From contig CAJVPI010000010.1 of assembly GCA_910592345.1 (NCBI GenBank), forward strand, positions 1-64,000: DNA of 64,000 nucleotides. The letters run 5' to 3'. Each line of letters begins with the position of its first letter. Position 1 is the first letter of the stretch. Below, one piece after another: positions 53,401-64,000 of this stretch. The stretch comes from Paraglomus brasilianum (taxonomy: Eukaryota). Position numbers and translations under genes: made by a program. Below the pieces are notes generated by a model, which was not told where the DNA came from, did no database searches, and was given only the letters and a program-made list of their open reading frames with translations.

Positions 53401-54527
53401 ATCGAGTCATTATAATAAAGAATATTGACCAATAATATCAGCAGATATTTAATTGGTGAATTTTTTTCTAATACTAATTTCTATCCCAGTAATTATATAC
53501 CGGTGACAAAGGTTACCAGGTGTTTTCCTTCATATTATTAATATCAGATTCTCAATAGATTAATGACCATGTCGTTATACGTCTCATTGATTTGACGCCG
53601 GCATTTTGTCAATTGTGAAAATCCGGGATATTGAACGTGAGTATTTGAAGTTTCAGAAATCTCACAGCTCGGTATAGAATCACGTGAATTTGTTATGTGA
53701 TGTAGCTAGCCAATATATAGCTGTAATACCAAAATGCTTCTTGCTAATATGATGATTTGCCAATTTATTAAACAGCAGTAACGAAATAAGAGGACTGAAT
53801 TTTTAGTGAGTAATATAAATTGTTATTAATTTGAAATTCCGCGTCTTTGGTAGTGATCACTTAGCTGATCTTCGACAGTTGGGTGCCTGTTATTAGGGTT
53901 CTCGCTCACGTTATTAACGATCTTGCCGATTATAATCCTAGATTGCAATAAATCGGACCGTAAATTTTCGTCCTTCTATAAGATGGGATTCTTATCTAAC
54001 GGCAATGGAATCAGTAATAAATAGCAATTCGTTAGTGCATATGTGCATTCGAGTTTTTATTGCAACCGTAAGGTACGTGGTAATTCGCAGCTCCTGTAGA
54101 TAGCATCGAAGAGATTAGCGATTCTTAACAAATTCTCCGTCCGTCGTATTATCTTCTATCCAGTTGATAGGTTAATTACTCATTATGTATATCGATTAAT
54201 TCATAACTAAGACTTAATTCCAGATTATTCCGATTTATCGAAATAATCAGTATATTAACATTAGAACATCAGAAACATTGGACATCGGAACACATCGAAA
54301 TCGACATTCCATCTATAATTACTCCTCTATTGTTGCGGTTTTCAAAATGCTGTGACATCCTGCCCACTGGACTAAAAAAAACGAAGATACTATGTTTTAG
54401 AAAATTATTCGTGATTATAGAGGTGCAGTCAAACTCAACTCTTCTAGCTAAGAAAGCACAACCGTTATCTGGCTTACGGAAACCTGACTTGCCAAGTTAC
54501 AGCTTCCTACGCAAAGGGAAAGTACGA

Positions 54528-54620
54528 GATTACAAGGCGATTACAGAACGATTACAGGTGATTATTATGTGATTACAGACGATTACAGACGATTATTGGC
54601 GATTACAAAATGATTACAAG
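54528..54620 (+). repeat. Degenerate ~10-12-bp tandem array (GATTACAGAC-like) upstream of the Tc1 relic
   Basis: About 8 copies of GATTAC/GATTAT-containing units. Confidence 0.7.
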
Positions 54621-54652
54621 TATTGTTATCCCATAAATGCTGTCATATAGGT

Positions 54653-55170
54653 ATGGATCGTCCATTTAGTGAAGATTTGAAATGGAGAATGGTCTGTGTG
54701 GACAACCTATTTAGAGGTGTTTCCAGTCGTAAGAAACTATTCAGAAGTATTGATGTGAAGGTCTGGGTTGGTTGTTGGAATTCTTTGTGTAGAGATCTTA
54801 CACACATACTCTATACAGATTCTGACAGAACTGGTTAACGAGAGGGTAGATTGGTTTTTGGACGAATTGGTTGCAGAAATGGAGGCAAGAATAGGCAAAA
54901 GAGTCTGCGGCATTTGTTAAAATTACGCGAAAAAAGTACTAACAATTTTGATCATAGGTGTCGAAGTCTTTTCTTTTTTGTATTTTATCATACAGATAAC
55001 TAAAGCAGCAGCGGAAAGAATGAGTTATTACGTAGCGCATTTATTGTTGAAATCGGCACTGGTTACATGCCCGACCAATTCATTTTCATTGATGAAAGCG
55101 CCAAAGATGAACGTACTTATACTCTTTCACGCAGATACGGATATTCATATGTGAATACAAGAGCTCGATT
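54653..55170 (+). pseudogene. IS630/Tc1-family transposase relic
   Basis: Fragments read MDRPFSEDLKWRMV, ILTELVNERVDWFLDELVAEME and ITKAAAER.ELLRSAFIVEIG.GYMPDQFIFIDESAKDERT..SRRYGYS. The sequence is frameshifted and truncated. Confidence 0.85.
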
Positions 55171-58100
55171 GAGAGTAGCAATGTAACTAAAAAGGCAAAG
55201 CAGGACTATCACAGAATAAAAAGTCTCAGCAATCAACCATAACCATACAATGTCATGAGCCCAAAGTTTGAGATGTGAGGGAGATGTTTGTGACCTTGAA
55301 TAAGCCGGGTCGTCGTGTTGCAAACAGTGATATTTTTCCGTAACTCAATTATTGTTTCAGCAATACGTATTTCATCTTCATCCAGATCCCTATACAAGAA
55401 GTATTTGCCTATAAATTACTCCGAATGTCACGTGAAAATTATAACTGTAATCACAATAATCTCGTTTCACCCACTAAAATTTTAGGGTGTGAAAACCGTA
55501 ATAATAACGCATTAAAATTTTACTGTAAGACATTGGACATTGACAATTCCGATGACGTTGTTCTGACCCAAACCGCAATTGGGTCGATCCAGTTCAAAGT
55601 AAGCACATTTTATTTCAATAACATCACATAAGCAATGTCGCTTGTTGGTATACGTGTATAATATTTAGACAGGGTTAGAACAATGTTATATTCCCGTGAC
55701 TGATTTTATTATGTTTAAATCACCTGATGGTGCAGAGTAATTTACAGTATTAGTATCTGTAAACCCAATTCGGAGTCTGCATTAAATTTACATGTTATTG
55801 GATGACCGAAATTAGAGAGAAGCTTAGACTCGGTTCATAACCGTACATAAATTCGACAAATTTAGTCCATCTGGTAACGATGGAACGCTAATTGAGCTAA
55901 TTGGGCCAACAACTCCAGCTCTAGTCCTTATTATTATAGCTTTCCCCAGTTTCCAGCTCTTATATTTGATGAATTCCTTTGACTCAGTTCATTCTTATGA
56001 ATTTTTACCGTATGCTGGAACACCCTGAATGCTCTAGCACGTACCAATCAGTTTTTGAACTGCACCAAAACTAGGTATTTACAAACTTTTAATGTAATTC
56101 AAGTTTGAATTCTGTACATACTAGCTTTGCCATTTGTAATTGATGTTTGTTTACTGTATTAATAAAAATATTATTTTCATAAAAACACAGTTATCTCTCA
56201 CGGTCATATATGAGGTAAATTAGCCTCTAACAATTACACGTACATACACAAACTGCTTTAATCTAATTAATATTAATAGTAAACCCTTTTTGTGAACTAT
56301 TACCCTTTAACAATCAAAATAGAAACGTCCAATATCTTATTTTGCACGAGATTATCTCCCGTTGATGGTTTCTAAAAAAAATTTTGAATGAATTGCGACA
56401 GCATTTCTTCCATAATATATCGAGCTTTTTGTTTTGCTTGGATGCTTTACAATATACTGATGTGCTATCAAAGCTTCTCAATATGCTTTAACAATACACT
56501 TCAGAAATTAATACTTGTCTTGCACACAAGTTAAAACCGATACCAAGCCAATATTTCGTGCTTTCCATTTTAATGTAAAATTTGGCCGAATTAAATATAA
56601 TAATAAATTATAATGTTAAACTTTAAATCTATATTTCCTTAGATTAGTGAAAATGTGCTTGTAAAATAAAATGCCATGCGCTAAATATTCTAACTTCCAC
56701 CAAATGTTTGATTCCCAATTGGGTCATGACAAACGTTTTAATTTTAATATTACGAGTTATAACAAAATATTTACTGGACAAAATGGCAGCAGGTGTGTGA
56801 CTTTGTTTTGTTGATAGCATTTCCGTATACCGTTTTGAACGCTTGTTTACTATATTAATATCAAATGGAGCAGTAGAACAGGTAATTTAAAATATCAATA
56901 ATAAAACGCAAGCGTACAGACTGTTTTATACTCATTTTAAATGGCACCTACACCTACTAAAACAAACCGCAAACTCGTTAAGTCTCTTGGGGGAAACCGT
57001 CTCCATAATTCAAAGAAATTTACAAAAAAAAAAAAAAAGCAGAGATTTTTTTGCCTTCTGTGAACGTTAGTCACCTTTCTTCGACAAAATGGCAGAATTC
57101 CTAACATTCATCGAGCCGGTCGCCCGCAAAATTATTCCCCGAACAACATTGCCAAATTGGAACGATAATTAATTCACAATGTCAAAAGAATTGAAGACTA
57201 TGCAGAAGACAAAATATCCTAAGTTGCTAGTGAACGTACTACTTGGTTTTAACCACGTAAAGTGTCTATTTCCCAGCAAGCGAAAGCAAACCGCTCGTAA
57301 TTAATCGCGTTACATTTGAGAATTTTCTAGGCTGTTTTTTTGGCGCATGATATTAAAAAACGCATTAAAAAAATGGAGGTAGAAAGAAAGGAAATATTCT
57401 CAACCCGTTTTTTAAACTTGATTAGGAGAAAATGGAATGGTCTCGAAAAAGATGCTAACAAATATTAATAATTAATAAATTTGTAGCCATAATTTTTGGT
57501 TTTTATTAAACACTTTTTATTTGTATTTATCTTTCAAACTGTGCCTACTATGTCCCAAAAACTAATCGCCATTACTTTTGCCGGAGCTTGTATCTAATGC
57601 TTTATTTATTATTATTGAAAATTTTTTTAAGACGAGTCAAGATAATAAAAACATTGATTCCAAGTGGACGGCAAAAAGGGTTGGTAAGAAAAAAGTTCCA
57701 AATACCATGACGAAGTTTAGCTTTTCTTTATGAAACTTGAAGAGCTTAATTTTATGATTGAAAACCGCACTATGCAGTGTTTAGCTTCAGCTGGTAGCGA
57801 TAAATATTATAGCCCAAGTAAAGATGACTTTGTGGTAAAACCAGTAAAAACAATGCGATATATTGATTCACCTATGTCGTTTGTACCATCAGTCTTAACA
57901 AAATAATGTCTCATTTAAAATCAATATTGAACTAGGGATAAAGGGAATAAATGAACGAAGGAAAAATAATAAAATGATGTTGCCTTAAGAGTTATTACTG
58001 ATAAATGTACCTGGTAAATAACATAGCGTTATAAAGTGTATTTTATTCTATTTGCGTTCTTCATTAGCTGCACCTACGATTGAACGCTAAGATGCTCTGT

Positions 58101-61100
58101 TTATTCTATCTGTCTATTAATTGGCCGTTGTTTGCAAAATCTAATATCTTCTATACCTTGTGTAAATAGTATTTTTAAAAATTTGATTTATTGTTTAGAC
58201 TAAACATAATGTTACAATGAGAGGTCCGAAGCAGGCAGGCTTCATTCTAGTCATAAATGTATATAAGAAGTGGTAGGCATAAAATTCACTATGGAACACA
58301 ATGCAAAAAGTCATAAAATTGTCTCTTAGAATTGTAAAGTCGTAATCTTATATCTACCCAATCTATTGATTGGATAAGAATGTGGGAAATATTACCCCGA
58401 CCTTTTTCGCTACTAATAGTTATTATCCATGGGGGGAGCACCGCGTCTGTTGCGTGGAAATGATTCTCAAAATGTCGTATCGTAAATTTAGAGTCGTTCT
58501 TTAACAAAGGGGGAATGGATTTTCTATATTGTATTTGTTTCCTGGAGTAATGGCAATGTTGTGTTGTTACACCAAGTAAGTATTACCATATTCATATAAT
58601 GCGTTTGGGTGGGCATTTTGGATACAGTATAATTATGTGTAGAATTATAAATGGTTAATGACCTCATTTTGTGTATCATTGAAAAACCGCGATGTAGATT
58701 ATCTAAGACTCACCATTCTCATTATCATGTGAGTACTGCGTAACCAATCGAGGTTGCACAGTAACGAATCCACCCCCCAGATCAGATCTATCAATCAGTA
58801 TATTTATAGAGTAAATAGAGGAAAGAAGAATTGGGATTAGAATATTTGAAGAGAACAAAAATTCCGCAACTGAGAAAATGTCTAATGCACAAGCACCCAA
58901 TAGTAGTAGCATGGTTCTAGTAATTTAGTCATAATATTAGTCATGTTGTTATTTCCCAACCACAATTTTCAATGCGGTTCAACCAACATTTGCTTACCTG
59001 CTTTTGCTATGCCATATTTTTCGTCCCATTGCTAGTCGAATTAATCGAAACAGATAAAGGAACAGAACTTACATTAATCATGCATAAGCTATATAGATAT
59101 ATCGAAACGAACACTCCACACATAATCCTGGTGCCCTCATAACGATTTGATGCTAATAATAATAAGCAATGTGTATGAATCAATACAACATGGGATATAA
59201 GCAGCAAAATCGAAGCTCATTAATATACATCCTACTCCTTACAGACCTCGATCTTAATGTTGAACAGGTTTTAAATAATTCTATCGATAGATACGAATTC
59301 AATTCGGAAGTTAGCGTAAGAATAATTACAATACGCCCGCGAGATTTCATATATAATTATTTTTTCCATGTCGAAGATGAAAATTATCGTAGTGAGAGGT
59401 AGATAGTTCGATGCGAAATTTCGACAAGGCAGGGATTTGTGTGCGGAGTGCAGATCTATTATGATGATGTATGTAATTTACGAGTAAGTAAAGGAACATC
59501 TGAACCAACGGCTTGTTATTGACATATTTTTAGGAAGATAAGATAAGATTTAGTTGCAACAGAGCATTATCTTATTTATCGAATCTAACAGTTACGATAT
59601 ACATATATGTGTGTATGTGTGTATGTGTGTATGATAATGTGCATACCATCAGATAAACAAGAGAATGGAATCAATCGTCTCTCGAACGAGACATTAGGAT
59701 AACGAAATAATACTCCGTTTGATCGAAGAAACTCGCAGTATGAAATACCCAGGCAGGTGGGGGGTTGAGTTCGTTTTTATGCGCTAGGGGAAAAAAACTC
59801 ATGGCGTACGAGAGGATATTTCCAAAAGTTAACAAACCTTCGGGCCGCAAATACGCACATACGAAATGCGATGGAAACAATGCACGAAGAGGATAGTACG
59901 CACGGACTAGTCAAATTTTGAGTAGTGGTAGGTTGGCCATAATGGAGAGTATATTTGGATGTATATTGACAGTGAGATTGTTTGTCTACTGGAACCAGTA
60001 TATATGCTATGTATAGGAAATATTATTTAGAATTCGTACGAGAAAGAAAAAAAACAATAGAAAAAATAAAAGTAGAGCTAAACTTGGAGTTGAGGCGCGT
60101 GATATGTATAATAAGTACAGGATAACGTTTGAAATCCATGGTATTCAATATACAAACCAATAGATTATTGTGTGTTTCGCCCTCATTAAATCGTGCATAT
60201 CATTAATTATAATTGATTAATGTCATGGTCAGAAACTTTCTTTAATAAGATGGGCGTTACAAAAAGAATGCAAAAACAGAAGTCACAAGATGCCTAAATA
60301 AGGTGCATGTAACAAGAACGGCATACAATCTCTTGCTCTACCCATATTGAAGGGCAAGCGTTTTTTAGCGTTCAATGTAGCTGCCACTAATAAAGGAATG
60401 CGAATCTCCAACGTATGCACTAGTACAACATTTCGTGTTACTGAATTTCTATCTTGCGTAAGTTTGCTGCAAAGAGAGGTCAATCTTAGATCGATGTACG
60501 CCTCCACCCCTTGTTGAAACAGACAGGAAGAGATGGTAAGTGCTTAAAGAGGGAATGCTGCAATAAACATTACGACAATTCAATCAATACTGATAAGCTC
60601 GTAATTTAGATTAAGATAAACCATTGGTATTTTATAGTAGGATTTATTTATTTTGTTTGTTTGTTTTGATTACATGTGTGTGTGCGATGATGGTTTATAC
60701 AATAACCTTCTCTCAATGTGATAACGAATGATGTGTCAAAAAAGACAGGTTGTCACGATAATGAAGTTTCAGCCCTAAAATTCCCATACGTGTCGCATTT
60801 TCATTAGATCTGAGAACAATCACACCTACACACTCATTAAGATAAACAATACACATTAACAATCATTCGATTATCAGCCACACACACTTGCCCTATCAAT
60901 AATTACAGTTAACTTTTTTTCGCTACATATATCGCCCTCTCTCGCGAAGGCGTACCCTTTGTTCATCCCCAACATTCCGCTTTATCCCCATTTTTAAATT
61001 TTATCCTCTATTACATTGGTGTGAACTTTAACAAGTGACCGCAAACATTGCATCCTATATTCTTCTACATGCATTTGTAAAACAATAGATCCCACATAAA

Positions 61101-63825
61101 CAGAAGCAAACAGCGACCCTTGGGTTTGAAGTCTATAGAATTACTTGCAGGAGGTGCGAAACGTAAGAAGGAAAAAAAAGCAGACATAGAGATGTATTAA
61201 CTAACCTTTTCTACATACGAATGTTCACAGTACATTGAGTTACCGCTTAGTTTGTTACAATACGTCGGAATATCATTTCTTTCTGGAGATTTGTCACTGT
61301 GTAATTTATTTTATTCTCCCGATTTATAAGAGAATAGCTGTCAATTGGCTTTTCTTCTGCGTTTGTCGGCTCTCTCTTTCGTTTCAATATAGTATATTGT
61401 GCCAAACCATTCCGCCTTGATTAATGAGAGGCTTAGTCTTTTGCGCATTGGTGAAGCAGGCCAAGTTAAAAGCAAGTAAAATGTTAAAAGTATTCAGTAG
61501 TCGGTAACAGACATATATTGTGCGTTATGACGTAATTGGTTTGCAATCAGGGGAATCATGCACATCACCCCTGAATGCAATCCCAAGAAACCATATACTT
61601 GATGGCTTTCAACACCAAATATGAAGCCTTGTTACGATAATTCTCTATGCTTATGAAACATAAACGGTAACTTTGCATTCGATCTCGTCGGCTTTCGTTA
61701 CTTTATTCCATCTTCTTGATCTCATTCGTATACATATGCTGTTTGACACCTGATTTCTTTCAATTCTCACTCTGCCCATTTACTGTTTATTATATGCTTT
61801 ATATCTCTTTGTAAGTGATAATATTATGTGATAAATCGAAGGGGCAATTTTGAGGTGTCACTCTCCTTGAGTGCTGATCATCTTTTTTTGTCATCATTTT
61901 TGTTTATTGCTTATCTGTTTGTTACTATTTGTCTTGTCCCCCCCTTTTTGCGCCCAGAGAAAGCAGGTGTCACTTCACTTCAACAATGAATGAGTATTGT
62001 AAACAGTGCGAAAGTTTTTAACCGAATCTCACTACAAATTAAGAAACCTTTTTCTCTACAAATGCGCTAGAGCAACGAAGTTTCTTTAAAATAAAGGATA
62101 GGCAATTATTTGGCAATATCGAAATCGATTGTAACTGGCCTATATTAATATCCACGAGACATCATTTTCGGCGAATAAATACGTCCGAAATATTGACAGT
62201 CTGTCTTTCTCAGAAAAGGTGGATTTCACAGTGGTTATGTAAGCGAATGTTACTCATGGAGAATAGATTGTGGGGAATAGATTGTGGGGAATAATAGATG
62301 TGGAGACAACTGGATTGATTGTAACAATGAGAATTTTACTGCACGCCATGCCGCTGCATAAAATTTGTCCCCCAATCCAACCCCTATTGTGCGATACAGC
62401 TCCCGCAGAAAATTTTCAATGTCAACGGCCAACATGCATTTCCTCACACGATTGTCAGGCAAGATGTCAGAATCTGACATGTCGGTCACATGATTTTATT
62501 TTTCACGTGATTAATAATCACGATTGTAAATAACGTTTTCTATCGTTCTATCGATATCTCCATCATCCAGGTAGAATATTCGAGGCAATCATTCGCTTAT
62601 AGCTAAAAGTGCCAAAGAGAAAAATCCTCTGTTGTTCGGCTATTTTTCGCGTAATGGTGTCGTTTGTCTTGTAGATCAATAGTGATTATTTGACTTACAA
62701 TTTCAGTTAATGACTATAAATGTTCTTCACATTATGAAAGTGAACTGCTTTCTTATGGCTTATTATATTCTGTCATTGTGGGTGTTTGAGTTTCGGGTAA
62801 CACGATTTTCCCATTTTGGCAGCTAAATCTTGGCAATCTGATCGATCAGATAGCGCTTATAAAATAAGCGTTTTCGAACCAATTATCTAAAAATGCTTGA
62901 ATTCTTTTGCTACGTTATTAAATATATCGATATTGCGTATTTAAGAATTACCATGATAAATTAATTACCTTTTTCGATAAAAAATGATCAGTGCTTGGAC
63001 GTTAGCGATAAATAGTAACTTGATTCATCTCCTTCCACAAAGATGCCCAAACATAGCCATATTGGAAGCAGCCCAGTTGTTTCCTCAACCACTATGGAAC
63101 TCTTCACTCTTCAGTCTTGTCAACGGTGCGTCTACAGGAAACGCCTTTATTGAGAAAAACAAAAACAATTAGCCAACTCCGTAAGAAGATAAAGAAGGGA
63201 AAGAGTCAAGTCTTCAACAACAAAGATCTTGCACTCTAAGCTGTGTCAGTATCAGTGCCAGCAGATGGGCATTGTACAAATTAACCTGTCCCAAATAAAG
63301 AAATGGATGTTATTTCCAACAGAAAAAGATCCTCTATGCCTCTGCCTAATGAACACAGTCATGTTCTCATAGAGACACCAGTTGTATTTTAATTTGGCAT
63401 GGTTAAGGATTAAGTCTATAAATTTATATAGTAATAGTATAACAAATAATGTTTGATTGTTAGTTTACATTATTATTATACCTAACCTGTATTTTTTCTT
63501 TTTCCTTTACTGGATCAGAATGAACACTACTTCTACCATCCAGTTAGCCAGCAGTTGTTAAATGCAAGAACTATTTAAATATAGATCAATACCAAAACAC
63601 TTCATGCAAGCTTCACTTCAGAAAAGGCCAGACAACAAAGTGATTGAATTACAATATTTTAGACCACCAGATAACAATGGTACAGCACGTAATAGTAACA
63701 AAAAAAAACTGTGATCTTTTTCACATGACATAATAACAAGTGCATCTACCTCCTGTTGTTTACATGCAATCTGTGATGTTGAATTATTACATGGTAATTG
63801 CCTAAAGACACAAGCTACTGGGTGA

Positions 63826-63990
63826 AGGATTTCCTTCAAGACAATGTTCCAGATGCTGGATTGCCATCCAACAGGCTGTACTTGGATCCTGTAGAAAATC
63901 TATGAGCAATTGTTAAGTAAGACATAAAAAGATAAATACCAAGACTATTACTGAATTACAGTCCCCGGCAAAAAGAATGACGGTGGAGAT
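63826..63990 (+). pseudogene. Tc1-family transposase C-terminal relic (may extend upstream to ~63100)
   Basis: DFLQDNVP...LD.PS...LDPVENL*AIVK*DIKR...TITELQ resembles the Tc1 WPxxSPDLNPIENLW motif, with stops and frameshifts. Confidence 0.6.
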
Positions 63991-64000
63991 ACTAGTTGTT

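Noticed and set aside
62250..62533. Overlapping 79/87-aa ORFs with a 14-bp tandem duplication (GAATAGATTGTGGG)
   Set aside because: They may be a gene fragment, but no family is recognisable and support is insufficient.

Overview
AT-rich eukaryotic DNA with short GT-AG introns. The gene content points to an early-diverging fungus (Mucoromycota, probably Glomeromycotina; this is inference). The gene-rich left part (about 4.5-25 kb) holds a Cys-rich GPI-type protein, an uncharacterised gene, a MATA-type HMG-box factor, a Dpb3/POLE4-like histone-fold protein, a ZZ-finger/EF-hand protein, a Git3/Gpr1-like GPCR, a CsbD-like protein and a velvet-domain regulator. The rest is gene-poor, with one divergent HMG-box ORF, a LaeA-like methyltransferase, and many MITEs and Tc1/pogo relics. 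The most notable system is a pair of decayed Fanzor2-type (eukaryotic IS607 TnpB-like) RNA-guided nuclease elements at 2036-2980 (+) and about 19601-20750 (-). Their similarity stops abruptly at a shared 3' end (GATATGTTACAATC(C)ATCCG), which marks a putative omegaRNA scaffold/guide boundary. They also share a spliceosomal intron acceptor and carry largely complementary deletions. Copy 1 appears to host a pogo transposon, which itself hosts a TGT...ACA MITE with a 4-bp target duplication. All calls are by eye; no database search or folding was run.
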